From an uncultured delta proteobacterium (GTDB lineage: Bacteria > Desulfobacterota > Binatia > DP-6), in the NCBI GenBank assembly GCA_963815115.1, contig CAWFFN010000008.1:128001-192000 (forward strand): DNA of 64,000 nt. Reading direction: 5' to 3'. Each line of letters begins with the position of its first letter. The stretch's first letter is position 1. Shown one piece after another: positions 1 to 13,582 of this stretch. The notes beneath the pieces were generated by a model that searched no databases, was not told the origin of the DNA, and was given only the letters and a program-made list of their open reading frames with translations. Both the position numbers and the translations under genes were made by a program.

Positions 1-2179
1 GCTCGCCCAGCGAGCCCTGGCCGGGAATCCCGAACTTGCCGACCTTCTGGTAGAGGTTGCGGAGGTGGGCGATCTTGAACTCCTGCGGCTCGCCCTCGAA
101 GGTCGACAGGCCGTCGGTACCGAAGGGCAGCCGGTGGCAGAAGGTGCAGGTGATCGCGCCGCCGTCGGTGAGGCGGTTCAGGAAGAGCGTCTGCCCCGCG
201 CCCTGGTCCGTGCTGGCCGCGTTGTCGAGCGCCCGGATCGGGTTCGGCGGCAGGGTGACCGTCAGGATGAAATCGGTGAAGGCCTGCATGTCGCCGGGCG
301 TGAGCTGCGCCGAACGTCCCAGCAGGCTGACGAACGCCGGGTTGAAGGCCTCGAAGGCGAGATGCTCGTCGAGGGGGTCCTGCCCCGTGGTCGAGCCGGT
401 GCGATCACCGCGCCAGTGCATCGGCCCCGCACCCGCCATGCCGCGCAAGGTCTGCGTCGTCATGGGGCCCTTCATCGGATGGAAGACGCAGTTCGGACAC
501 GGGATGCCCACGCCCGGCCCTCCCGGGCTGAAGTCCGCCGAGGGCGTCAGGCGGAACGGGTTGTCGTTCGGCAGGACGTCGCCGAACGGATTGCTCAGGT
601 CCCAGGCCAGGCTGTCGAAGTCGCCGAAGACGTGGCAGCTCGCGCACGCCGAGTCCCCGTGCCCCGAGGTCGTGCGGGCGTCGTACAGGAACGGCCGGCC
701 GTCCCGCACCACGGCGGGCTCCGGGTCGAAGCGCAGCGGCACGACGGCCGTCTCGACGGCCGCCGCCGGGTTGCTGGCGCTGCTCACGATCGAGATGTCG
801 TGCGTGAAGCGGTTCATGACGTAGAGGCGGTCGTGCGACTCGTCGAGCGCCAGGCCGCTCGGACCGCCGCCGACGTCGACCAGCGTCTTGGTGCCGGCGC
901 CGATCGTGCCGGCCTCGAGCGCCGCGGCGTCGAAGATGCCGACCTTTCCCGAACCGAGCCCCGCGACGTAGACCCGATTGCCGTCGCTCGAGAACACCAG
1001 GTCGGTCGGGAAGGCGAGGCTCGCCTCGGCCTCGCTCGCCGGCGGGGTGCACGCCGGCGGGGTGCAGGAGTAGTCGATGTGCGGATTCAGGTGATGCGGC
1101 GCCGGCGTGGTGCCGTTGATGACGGTGATCCGGCTCTCGGCGAGATGCCCCTGGACGCCGCGTCCCAGCGCATCGCCCGGGATGCGCGGCTCGAAGCGTA
1201 CCTGGTTCCGCGCGTCGGTGTTGGTCACGTAGATCTGGTTGGCCGCGTTGGGCCTCACTGCCATGTTGAAGATGACGGTTCCGACACCGGTCACCGCGCT
1301 CGTACCCGAGACGAGCGCCGGCGTGCCGGCGTTCGCGTCGATGATGAAGACGTCGCGGTCGGGGAGGCTGAAGGGAACCTGCGCGTTCCAGTTCCGGCCG
1401 AGCTCGTCGAGCCAGCTCGACCCGTCGAACTTGACGATCAGGCCCGTCGACGGCGCCCCGGGAGTGGTCCCGGGCGGAGGAGCCGGCATGCCTCCGTTGC
1501 CGCGCACCACCGACTCAGTGATCGTGGTGGTCCGGTTGCCCGACTCGAAGACCGCCGCGAACACCTGCGAGCCGCTCGAGTTGCGCGCCAGCGCACGCGG
1601 CGTGTCCCCGAAGAGCACGATGTTGGCAATCGGCGCGCCGCCGAGCGTGGTCGTCCCGAGGTTCGTGGCGTCGAACACCTGCACCAGGGCGCGACCCGTG
1701 CCGGCGGTGGTCAGATTGGCCGCCACGGGGCAGTTCTGTCCCCGCCTGGCCGTGGTGACGAAGGCGCGGTTGCCGCCCGGACCGGCGAAGACGATGTCGC
1801 GCGGCTCGTCGCAGGTGAGCAGCGTCCGTGTGACGCGCCACAGTCCCGAGGCCGAGTCGAGCGCGACGATGCTCACGCTGTCGGACAGGTGGTTGACGAC
1901 CCAGACCTCGGTCGCGCTACGCGCGGCGACCGCCACCGGCTCGAGGCCGACCGGCACCTCGTCCGCCAGCGTCAGACCCGCGGCGCTCACCGTGTAGATC
2001 TCGAGCCGGTTGTCGGGCGTGTTCACCGCGAAGAGCCGGCCGCCGTCGGGCGAGAGGGCGAGCGGCCGCACGTGGCCGCTCTCGAAGTTCACGAACTGGG
2101 CGGCCCCGAGGCGCCCGATCGAGAGCAACGCGGCGGTCGCGATCGCCACGATCGACGGTGTACGGCGCGCGCTCTGCAT
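1..2179 (-). CDS. Secreted YncE/YVTN beta-propeller protein fused to a di-heme cytochrome c peroxidase/MauG-like domain (3' end runs off the window)
   Basis: Not in the ORF track because no stop lies in the window. Manual translation from ATG 2179: signal peptide MQSARRTPSIVAIATAALLS, then FVNFESGHVRPLALSPDG...AVNTPDNRLEI, and two heme motifs CASCH (~645) and CTFCH (~140). G-rich RBS upstream. Confidence 0.85.
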   Translation of the reverse strand, partial: MQSARRTPSIVAIATAALLSIGRLGAAQFVNFESGHVRPLALSPDGGRLFAVNTPDNRLEIYTVSAAGLTLADEVPVGLEPVAVAARSATEVWVVNHLSDSVSIVALDSASGLWRVTRTLLTCDEPRDIVFAGPGGNRAFVTTARRGQNCPVAANLTTAGTGRALVQVFDATNLGTTTLGGAPIANIVLFGDTPRALARNSSGSQVFAAVFESGNRTTTITESVVRGNGGMPAPPPGTTPGAPSTGLIVKFDGSSWLDELGRNWNAQVPFSLPDRDVFIIDANAGTPALVSGTSAVTGVGTVIFNMAVRPNAANQIYVTNTDARNQVRFEPRIPGDALGRGVQGHLAESRITVINGTTPAPHHLNPHIDYSCTPPACTPPASEAEASLAFPTDLVFSSDGNRVYVAGLGSGKVGIFDAAALEAGTIGAGTKTLVDVGGGPSGLALDESHDRLYVMNRFTHDISIVSSASNPAAAVETAVVPLRFDPEPAVVRDGRPFLYDARTTSGHGDSACASCHVFGDFDSLAWDLSNPFGDVLPNDNPFRLTPSADFSPGGPGVGIPCPNCVFHPMKGPMTTQTLRGMAGAGPMHWRGDRTGSTTGQDPLDEHLAFEAFNPAFVSLLGRSAQLTPGDMQAFTDFILTVTLPPNPIRALDNAASTDQGAGQTLFLNRLTDGGAITCTFCHRLPFGTDGLSTFEGEPQEFKIAHLRNLYQKVGKFGIPGQGSLGE

Positions 2180-2240
2180 CGTGTCCCCCCCTGGCGGCTC
2201 GAGCCGACGCGGCGGTTACACCACGAACGCGGTCTTCGGC

Positions 2241-4148
2241 TCAAGGCTCGAGTGCGCTACCCCCGTCCGTGGACACGCCCAGCACCCGGCCGTAGAAGCC
2301 GAGCTCTTCCTCCAGGGCTCGCCGGATCGACTCCGCGCGCCGGAATCCGTGCCCCTCGCCGGCGAAGGGCACGTAGGCGACCGGCAGCCCGCGCGCGCGC
2401 AGCGCAGCCACCATGGCCTCCGCTTGCCCCGGCGGGACGATCCGGTCGTCGAGCCCCTGGAAGAAGATGACCGGGCACGCGATGTGCTGCGCCGCGTGCA
2501 GCGGAGAGCGGGCGACGTAGAGGTCGCGCCGCTCCGGATACGGCCCGACCAGCCATTCGTCGTAGCGCGACTCGAACTTGTGCGTCTCGCGGTGCAGCGC
2601 CTCGAGGTCCCCGATCCCGAAATAGCTCGCGCCCGCCGCGAAGACGTCGTGGAACGCGAGCGCGCAGAGCACCGTGAATCCCCCCGCGCTGGAGCCGCGC
2701 ACCAGGAGCGCCCCCGGATCGACCCAGCCCTGGGCGACCGCGAAGCGCGCCGCGGCGACGCAATCCTCGACGTCGGCGATGCCCCACGAGCCGTAGAGCA
2801 GCCGGCGGTAGTCGCGCCCGTATCCGCTGCTGCCGGCGTAGTCGACGTCGAGAAAGGCGAGCCCCCGGGTGGTCCAGAACTGCACCGCCAGATCGAGCGC
2901 GCTGGATGCCGACCCCGTCGGTCCTCCGTGGCAGCGCACGAGCAGCGGCGGACACGCGCCGGGCGGGCCCTCGTAGCGCTGGTTGCGCGGGCGATACAGG
3001 ATGCCGTGCGCGACACGCCCGCCCGCGCTCGGGAACGCGATCGGCTCGGGCGGCGATACGTCGGCGGGGTCGAGCGGCGACCGGGCGGCGCGGCGCAGCA
3101 CGGTGCAGGTCTCGCGCTGCGTATCGAGGTGCACGACTGCCGCCGCCTCGGCAGTCGTCGCCCCGAGGAAGACCGCGCCGCCCGGCGCGGCGTGCACGAG
3201 ACCGATCTCGCAGAACGGGACGTCGATCGGCGCGAGGCGACCTCGCCGATCGAGACGGCCGAGATGCCAGCGCGCCTGCCGCGCGTAGGCGCAGAGGATC
3301 GTGCCGTCCGGCAGGAAGTCGTAGTGCGCCCCGCCGAAGAACCAGGGCGGACGCGCGAACTCGGCGTCCATGGGACAGAGTGCCGCGGACGCAGTGCCCT
3401 CCAGCCGGTAGAGGTTCCACCATCCGCTGCGATCGGACACGTAGTGCAACGCGCCCGTGGGCGACCACCGCGGCTCCGCCACCGATTCGTCGCCACCGCC
3501 CGCGACCCGGCGGGAGTCACGCAGTGCGCCGGCCCCGTCGATCCCGGCAATCCACAGCTCGCTGCGATCCCATGGCATGTCCGGGTGGCGCCACGCGATC
3601 CAGGCGAGCATCTCGCCGTCGGGGCTGAGCCGGGGCGCGGCGTAGAAGTCGTATCCGTCCGCCAGCACGACGGGCGCTCCGCGTCCCTCGAGATCGATGC
3701 GCACGAGGCAGTTGCGGGGCTCGCCGCTCTCGCGATGCTCCTCGCCGACCGCCAGGAGCAGGCCGCGGCGCCGATCGATGACACCGTCCGCGTAACGCCA
3801 CCTCCCCACCGGCGTGAGCGCGCGCGGCTCCCCAGCGCCGTCGATCCGGTACACCCGCTGGTCCGGCAGGTGGGAGAAGCACGCGATCCCATCCGCGACC
3901 GCGAACGACCCGCCGCCGTACTCGTGGACGCGCGTGCGCGCGTTCCAGGGCGGCGGGATCGCGTCGCGCGGCTCGGTCCCCGGCCGCCAGCAGACCAGGA
4001 CGGACCGTCCCTGCTCGGCGGGGCGGCCCTCGATCCACCAGATGGCGTCCCCGTCGACCGCGAGGCCGCCCAGGCCGAGGCTGGCGGCGGCCACCCGCTC
4101 GGCGGTGAGCGGCGATCGCCAGGCGCCGAACGGGACCACGTGGGTCAT
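2241..4148 (-). CDS. S9 family peptidase (dipeptidyl aminopeptidase/acylaminoacyl peptidase)
   Basis: N-terminal [23 protein letters not shown], nucleophile GSSAGG, acid D in QGLDDRIV, catalytic His in EGHGFR. Confidence 0.93.
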   Translation of the reverse strand: MTHVVPFGAWRSPLTAERVAAASLGLGGLAVDGDAIWWIEGRPAEQGRSVLVCWRPGTEPRDAIPPPWNARTRVHEYGGGSFAVADGIACFSHLPDQRVYRIDGAGEPRALTPVGRWRYADGVIDRRRGLLLAVGEEHRESGEPRNCLVRIDLEGRGAPVVLADGYDFYAAPRLSPDGEMLAWIAWRHPDMPWDRSELWIAGIDGAGALRDSRRVAGGGDESVAEPRWSPTGALHYVSDRSGWWNLYRLEGTASAALCPMDAEFARPPWFFGGAHYDFLPDGTILCAYARQARWHLGRLDRRGRLAPIDVPFCEIGLVHAAPGGAVFLGATTAEAAAVVHLDTQRETCTVLRRAARSPLDPADVSPPEPIAFPSAGGRVAHGILYRPRNQRYEGPPGACPPLLVRCHGGPTGSASSALDLAVQFWTTRGLAFLDVDYAGSSGYGRDYRRLLYGSWGIADVEDCVAAARFAVAQGWVDPGALLVRGSSAGGFTVLCALAFHDVFAAGASYFGIGDLEALHRETHKFESRYDEWLVGPYPERRDLYVARSPLHAAQHIACPVIFFQGLDDRIVPPGQAEAMVAALRARGLPVAYVPFAGEGHGFRRAESIRRALEEELGFYGRVLGVSTDGGSALEP

Positions 4149-4615
4149 GCGAGCTCGCCCGCCGTCCCGGTGTCGCTGCCGTGCCGGTCGCGGATGGCGG
4201 CATTCGCCAGCTCGTCGCAGCGCTCGTTCTCGGGGTGGCCGTCGTGGCCGCGTACCCAGTGCCAGCGGACCGCATGGGCCTGCGCCAGGACATCGAGCGC
4301 ACGCCAGAGGTCCTCGTTCTTGACCGGCTTGCGATCGGCGGTCCGCCAGCCGTTGCGCTTCCAGCGCGCCAGCCAGGTCGACATCCCGTTGCGCAGATAC
4401 TGGGAGTCGGTGTGCAGGTCGACCTCCGCGGTGGGCACCCGCAACGCGCGCAGCGCCTCGATGGCGGCCATGATCTCCATGCGGTTGTTGGTGGTCGAGG
4501 GCTCGTACCCGGAGAGCTCCCGCCGGTGTGCTCCGGCGATGAGGATCGCCGCCCAGCCGCCCGGACCGGGGTTCCCGGCGCAGGCGCCGTCGGTGAAGAT
4601 CGTCACGCGGCGCAT
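4145..4615 (-). CDS. rnhA: Ribonuclease HI
   Basis: [46 protein letters not shown]. Confidence 0.97.
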   Translation of the reverse strand: MRRVTIFTDGACAGNPGPGGWAAILIAGAHRRELSGYEPSTTNNRMEIMAAIEALRALRVPTAEVDLHTDSQYLRNGMSTWLARWKRNGWRTADRKPVKNEDLWRALDVLAQAHAVRWHWVRGHDGHPENERCDELANAAIRDRHGSDTGTAGELA

Positions 4616-4619
4616 GAGG

Positions 4620-5510
4620 TCAGCGGGCGAGTGTAGGAGCGCTCGCCGCCACGGGCAATCCTCGGTCGCGGCGCACCAGGACGAGCACGAGGCCGAGGGT
4701 CACCGCGAGCGCGATCGCGCCAGCGACGCCGCCGACGAGCGGCGGCCATCCCGGACCGATCAGCCAGACCGGTGTGGCGCGGATGTCGAGGACCAGGCGC
4801 CCGACCCGGAAGACCGCCACCCAGGCGGCGTGGATGCCGATGGACGACCACAGGCTGCCGGTGCGCTGGCGCACCAGCACGAGGACCAGCCCGAGGCCGA
4901 AGAGCCCGAGCACGCCGGGCACGACGCCCGGGCGTGCGAGCGGTGCGAAGAGCGCGAGGGTGCGGTCGACTCCCGCCCACGGGTAGGCCGCGCGCGAACC
5001 GCCGGGCCGGAGCGCGTGCACGATCGCGTAGATCCCCGTGCTGAGGACGATGCCGGCGGGCCGGCCGAGGTCGGCCGTGAAGCGCCGCAGGAGCACGCCG
5101 CGGAAGAGTGCCTCCTCGCCCACCGCCACGAGGACCGCGCCCAGCACTCCGGCCGCCGCCTTGGCCACGGTCTTCGCCGCGCCGTAGCGCAGCGCGGGCA
5201 CCATCGCACCGCCGAGCCAGCACGCGACGACGCCGGCCAGGACGCCGAGGACGCCGATCAGGAGGCCGCGGGCCAGATCCCGTGCCCGGCGCGGCTGGCG
5301 CAGCCCGATCTGCGTCGCGTTGCCGAGGTCGAGGCGCCGCCAGCCGAGGAGGATCGCGCCGACCAGCAGGAGCTCGAACACGCGGTTGTAGACGCGCGAG
5401 AACTTGAAGGCGAAGCCGAGGCCCGTCGCCGCCATGGCGATCCACGGGCTCGCGAACGTGGTCACCACCAGCAGGACGAGGACGAGCCCGAGAAGACCGA
5501 GGGTTCGCAT
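4620..5510 (-). CDS. CPBP (CAAX/Abi) family intramembrane metalloprotease
   Basis: Multiple TM segments; EEALFRG, YAIVH and IGIHAAW motifs; start taken at MRTLGLLG (ATG 5510). Confidence 0.88.
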   Translation of the reverse strand: MRTLGLLGLVLVLLVVTTFASPWIAMAATGLGFAFKFSRVYNRVFELLLVGAILLGWRRLDLGNATQIGLRQPRRARDLARGLLIGVLGVLAGVVACWLGGAMVPALRYGAAKTVAKAAAGVLGAVLVAVGEEALFRGVLLRRFTADLGRPAGIVLSTGIYAIVHALRPGGSRAAYPWAGVDRTLALFAPLARPGVVPGVLGLFGLGLVLVLVRQRTGSLWSSIGIHAAWVAVFRVGRLVLDIRATPVWLIGPGWPPLVGGVAGAIALAVTLGLVLVLVRRDRGLPVAASAPTLAR

Positions 5511-5520
5511 GGCGACGTCG

Positions 5521-6123
5521 CTAGGCTCCGAGCTGCGTGCGCACGAGACCCTCCAGCCGCTGCACCATCGCCGCCCTCGACAGGCCGAGATCACGCAGCT
5601 CGCCGTCGGCGGCGGCGTCACACACGCGCTCGAGCGTGAAGAGCAGGAGGGCGTCGTCCTCCGTCGCGCGCGCCGGGCCGCGGTGGCGCAGGCGGAGCTC
5701 GCGCAGGAGGCCGAGCTGGCGAGCACGCTGGCGGCGATGGCAGCGGCGGGCGGCGGCGTCGGTCGCGACGAGCGCGCGCAGGCTCGCACGGAAGCCGCGC
5801 CAGCGGCGGTGGAGCGCGAGCAGCAGCGCCACGACGCGGGCCGCCGTCACCTCCCCGCTGCCGCCGGCGGCAACCACCTGCTCGACCGCCTGCCACTCCG
5901 CCGTCACCCAGGCCTCGTAGGCCTCGAGGAAGATCGCGCGCTTGTCGGCGAAGTGCTTGTAGAAGGAGCCCGGCGCGTAGCCGGCCGCGCGCGCGATGCG
6001 GTTCGAGTCGGTGCCGTGGAAGCCGTCGCGGTTGAAGACGCGCGCGGCCGCGGCCACCAGGCGCGCCCGGGTCGCCGCCGGGCTCCCGCGGCGCGGCCGC
6101 GGGGGGCTCCGCCGTCGTGCCAT
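5521..6123 (-). CDS. TetR/AcrR family transcriptional regulator
   Basis: TRARLVAAAARVFNRDGFHGTDSNRIARAAGYAPGSFYKHFADK helix-turn-helix; GGAGAG RBS before ATG 6123. Confidence 0.92.
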   Translation of the reverse strand: MARRRSPPRPRRGSPAATRARLVAAAARVFNRDGFHGTDSNRIARAAGYAPGSFYKHFADKRAIFLEAYEAWVTAEWQAVEQVVAAGGSGEVTAARVVALLLALHRRWRGFRASLRALVATDAAARRCHRRQRARQLGLLRELRLRHRGPARATEDDALLLFTLERVCDAAADGELRDLGLSRAAMVQRLEGLVRTQLGA

Positions 6124-6143
6124 GGTGCGCTCTCCTAGCACAG

Positions 6144-6179
6144 TTGACCGGCGCGCGCCTCCGGTGATATTTTCATCAC
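6144..6179 (+). promoter_or_regulatory. Putative sigma70 promoter overlapped by a palindromic TetR operator; hydrolase transcript probably leaderless
   Basis: TTGACC (6144-6149), 18 bp spacer, TGnTATTTT (6165-6173); inverted repeat GTGAT-N6-ATCAC (6164-6179); ATG at 6181 with no SD; divergent from the TetR gene. Confidence 0.55.
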
Positions 6180-6180
6180 T

Positions 6181-7056
6181 ATGGAGAGCCTGCGATCGGC
6201 CGTCGGTGCGTCCCCGTCTGCCCGCCGCGTCGTGGTCGACGGCGTCGCGCTGGCGGTCGACGACGAGGGCAGCGGACCGCCCCTCGTGTGTCTGCACGCC
6301 ATCGGGCACGGCGCATCCGATTTCGCCCGGCTGCGCGGTCGCCTGGCGTCGCGCTGGCGGGTGATCGCGCCCGACTGGCCCGGCCAGGGCCGGTCGGGGC
6401 CGGATCGGGTCCCGGCCAGCGCGACGCGCTACGCCGACCTCCTCGGCCACGTCCTCGACGCCTGCGACGTCGACCGCGCGGTGCTGCTCGGCAACTCGAT
6501 CGGCGGTGCCGCCGCGATTCGCCATGCCGCCGACCATCCCGAGCGCGTCTCGGCACTGATCCTCGAGAACCCGGGCGGCCTCGACCCGGGCGACGATCCC
6601 CTGGGGCGCGCCGTTCTCGGCGCGATGGCCGCGTTCTTCGGCGCCGGAGCCCGGGGCGCAGCCTGGTTCCCGGCCGCCTTCGCGGCCTACTACCGGCTCG
6701 TGCTGCAGCGCGGGGCCGCGGCGCCCCAGCGCCGGCGCATCGTCGGCTCGGCGCGCGAGATTGCCCCCGTGCTGCACGCCGCCTGGATCAGCTTCGCCAC
6801 GCCGGAGGCCGACCTGCGAGCGCTCCTGCCCGCGATCCGATGCCCGGTGCTGGTCGCCTGGGCCGCGCGCGACCAGCTGATCCAGCTCCGGCGCTGCCGT
6901 CCCGCGCTGGCGCGCTTTCCCTCCGCCCGCCTGGAGACGTTCGCCGCCGGCCACGCTCCCCACCTGGAGACCCCGGAGCTCTTCGAAGCCGCGCTCGACC
7001 GCTTCCTGGAGCCGCTGCGCGAGGAGTCCCCCCGGCGGAACGCTCACGTGGTGTAG
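6181..7056 (+). CDS. Alpha/beta fold hydrolase
   Basis: VCLHAIG, DWPGQGRS, GNSIGG nucleophile elbow, AGHAPHLE. Confidence 0.92.
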   Translation: MESLRSAVGASPSARRVVVDGVALAVDDEGSGPPLVCLHAIGHGASDFARLRGRLASRWRVIAPDWPGQGRSGPDRVPASATRYADLLGHVLDACDVDRAVLLGNSIGGAAAIRHAADHPERVSALILENPGGLDPGDDPLGRAVLGAMAAFFGAGARGAAWFPAAFAAYYRLVLQRGAAAPQRRRIVGSAREIAPVLHAAWISFATPEADLRALLPAIRCPVLVAWAARDQLIQLRRCRPALARFPSARLETFAAGHAPHLETPELFEAALDRFLEPLREESPRRNAHVV

Positions 7057-8245
7057 GCGGCGTTGAAGTGCACGTACGCGACGGTGAGGTCGGAGGTGAG
7101 CATGCGCCCCCGCCCCCGCCCCCGTCCGAGCGCGAGCTGCAGGCGAAACTCACGACGCGCCATGCGCCGCCGCGCGCGCACCAGCGCACCTGGAATCGGC
7201 CGGCCCCGCCGTGACACCGCCACCCCGTCGATGGTCACGTCGATGCGGTCCGGGTCGAGCGCCACGCCCGCCGTGCCGGCGGCGCACACGAAGCGGCCCC
7301 AGTTCGGGTCGCCGCCCGCGAACGCCGCCCGGCACAGCGTCGAGGTGGCGATCGCGCGCGCGACCCGCTGCGCATCCGCGTCGCGTCGTGCACCCGTCAC
7401 CACGACCTCCACCAGACGTGACGCTCCCTCGCCGTCGAGGACGACCAGCCGGGCGAGCTCCTCGAGCACCTCGGCGACCGCGCGCGCGAAGCGCCGGTAG
7501 CCCGCCGACCCGGGTGCCACCCTCCGGTTGCCGGCAGCGCCGCTCGCCAGCAGCAGCACGGTGTCGTTCGTGCTCATGTCGCCGTCGACGCTGACCGCGT
7601 TGAAGCTGGTCGCCACGCCGTCGGTGAGGGCTCGGCGTGCGACGCGACGCTCGACGACGGCGTCGGTCAGCACGAAGACGAGCAGCGTCGCCATGTCGGG
7701 GGCGATCATGCCGGCGCCCTTGCCCATGGCGGCGATCGTGACCGCGCGTCCGCCGAGGCGCGTTCGCCGGACCGCGGTCTTCGGGAAGGCGTCGGTGGTC
7801 ATGATGGCCCGGGCCGCCTCGGGGAAGCCGCCCGATCCGAGCGCCTGGTGGGCGGCGCGCACGCCACGCAGGAGCCGGGGGCCCGGCACCGGCACGCCGA
7901 TGCGGCCCGTGGCGCACGCGAGCACGCCCTCCGCCGGCACGCCGAGCAGCTCGGCCGCGAGCGCCGTCGACACCTCGACGATGCGCAGCCCCTGGCGCCC
8001 GGTGCACGCGTTGGCGTTCCCGCGTGCACCAGGACCGCCGAGGCGTTGCCGGTGCGCAGCCGCGCGCGGGTCGTCACCACCGGCGCCGCCTTCACGCGGT
8101 TGGTGGTGAGGACGCCGGCCGCCACGCCGGGGGCGTCGAGGGCGATGAGGGCGACGTCGGGCCCGCGCGTCTTGAAGCCCGCTCGCACTCCGGCGAAGCG
8201 GAAGCCGGGCACGCGCACGCGGTGAGCGCGCCGCGGTAGCTTCAC
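7044..8245 (-). CDS. argJ: Glutamate N-acetyltransferase/ornithine acetyltransferase ArgJ (one apparent frameshift near 8020)
   Basis: VPGFRFAGVRAG, TTNRVKAAPV, (G)NANACTG, IMTTDAFPK, KGAGMIAPDMATLL, DGDMSTND, DGEGA, DPNWGR, C-terminal NAAYTT; two frames join at a G run. Confidence 0.92.
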
Positions 8246-8255
8246 GCGTGCGCCC

Positions 8256-11790
<3,535 letters not shown>

Positions 11791-11849
11791 CGAAGCGCGC
11801 TATTGTTTCCGCGAGCCCCGCGAGGGTCAAGTGCGGGGAGGCTCCGTCC

Positions 11850-13397
11850 TCACTCGACACGGGCCTGCAGCGCCTGGGGCGCGCGCTGCAGCTCCAGGTG
11901 GCGGGTCGCGCCGGCACGCTCGAGGCGTCCGAGGAGCACGTCGACGGTGGGCTCGATGCGCTCGATGAACGGGCGCGGGTAGACGCCGATCCAGACCATG
12001 AAGACGACCATGGAGGCCGCCACGAAGACCTCGCGCCGGTTCAGGTCGGCGAGCGACCGGTTGGACTCGTGGGTGATCGGGCCGAAGGCCACCCGCTGGT
12101 ACATGGTGAGCATGTAGACCGCCCCCAGGATGATGCCCACGGTGCCCACGGCGCCGGCGACCGGGTGCGCACGGAACGCGCCGCTCAGGATCAGGAACTC
12201 GCCGACGAAGCCGTTGAGGCCCGGCAGGCCGATCGAGGACAGCGTCACCACGAGGAAGAACGCCGACCACAACGGCACGGTGCCCCAGATGCCGCCGTAC
12301 TGGGAGATCTCGCGGGTGTGCGTCCGGTCGTAGATGAGCCCGACGAGGATGAAGAGCGCGCCGGTCGAGAGCCCGTGGTTGACCATCTGGAGCACGCCGC
12401 CGGTGATCCCCGTGAGGTTGAAGGCGTAGAGCCCGAGCATCACGAACCCCATGTGGCTCACCGACGAGTACGCCACCAGACGCTTCATGTCGGGCTGCGG
12501 GTAGGCGACGAGCGCGCCGTAGACGATGCCGATCACCGCCAGGACCATGACGAGCGGGAAGGCGTCCTGGGCCGCCAGGGGGAACATGGGGATCGAGAAG
12601 CGCAGGAAGGCGTAGGCGCCCATCTTGAGGAGCACGCCGGCGAGGTCGACCGATCCGCCGGTCGGGGCCTCGGTGTGGGCATCCGGCAGCCACGTGTGGA
12701 ACGGCACCATCGGCACCTTGATCATGAACGCGAAGGTGAAGGAGGCGAACAGCCAGACCTGCTCGGTGTAGGTGAGCGGCGTGCCGTAGAGGGTGGTGAT
12801 GTCGAAGCTGGGCGCCCCGGTGGCCTGCGCGTGGCGCAGCGACAGGTAGATGACGCCGACGAGCATGAATGCGCTGCCGGCGAGCGTGTAGAGGATGAAC
12901 TTGGTCGCGGCGTACTGGCGCCGGCCGTGCCCCCAGATCCAGATGACGAACGCCATCGGGATCAGCATGAACTCCCAGAAGAAGAAGAACAGCAGGAGGT
13001 CGGTGGCGCACAGCGCCCCCAGCATGGCGCTCTCGAGCACCAGCATGAACACCATGAAGAGGCGCACGCGCTCGGTGATGTCGGTCCAGGCGGCGAGGAC
13101 GACGACCGGCGTGAGGAAGGTGGTCAGCAGGATGAGCCACAGAGAGAAGCCGTCCACCCCCATCGCATAGTCGACGCCGAGCGCCGGGATCCACGGCACA
13201 CGCTCGCGAAGCTGGAGGGTGCCCACCGCCGGATCGAAGTCCGCCAGCATGACCAGCGCGAGCACGAACGGGACGAGCGCGAGCACGAACGCCGCGACCC
13301 GCGGGACCCGCACCGGCTCGGCCGGCAGGAGCTGCACGACGATCGCAGCGACCAGCGGCGAGAAGACGATCAGGCTGAGGACGGGCACACCCGTCAT
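11850..13397 (-). CDS. nuoM: NADH-quinone oxidoreductase subunit M-like antiporter subunit (standalone)
   Basis: GVDGFSL, FFFFWE, IKVPMVPFHTWLPDAHTEAP, LLKMG, KRLVAYSSVSHMG, GLPGLNGFVGE. Confidence 0.9.
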   Translation of the reverse strand: MTGVPVLSLIVFSPLVAAIVVQLLPAEPVRVPRVAAFVLALVPFVLALVMLADFDPAVGTLQLRERVPWIPALGVDYAMGVDGFSLWLILLTTFLTPVVVLAAWTDITERVRLFMVFMLVLESAMLGALCATDLLLFFFFWEFMLIPMAFVIWIWGHGRRQYAATKFILYTLAGSAFMLVGVIYLSLRHAQATGAPSFDITTLYGTPLTYTEQVWLFASFTFAFMIKVPMVPFHTWLPDAHTEAPTGGSVDLAGVLLKMGAYAFLRFSIPMFPLAAQDAFPLVMVLAVIGIVYGALVAYPQPDMKRLVAYSSVSHMGFVMLGLYAFNLTGITGGVLQMVNHGLSTGALFILVGLIYDRTHTREISQYGGIWGTVPLWSAFFLVVTLSSIGLPGLNGFVGEFLILSGAFRAHPVAGAVGTVGIILGAVYMLTMYQRVAFGPITHESNRSLADLNRREVFVAASMVVFMVWIGVYPRPFIERIEPTVDVLLGRLERAGATRHLELQRAPQALQARVE

Positions 13398-13582
13398 CCG
13401 ACGGGCTCCCCGGAACGGGCCGTGGCCACCGCGGCTCTATGCCGGATGGCCGGAGCACCCGCAAGCGCAGCGCCGCGGGGCGACCGTGCGGCGGCTCGCG
13501 ACGGACTCCGCATTGACCTCGGAGGCCCGGCCATAGTACCGCCGCGGCGCCGAACCCGCCGTGCGGGTATCGCCAGCCACCG

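Noticed and set aside
65-5639. Very long + strand ORFs (801 aa, 1209 aa) and many similar Arg/Ala/Pro-rich ORFs throughout the track
   Set aside because: They are antisense or off-frame shadows of real genes in GC-rich DNA and carry no recognisable motifs.
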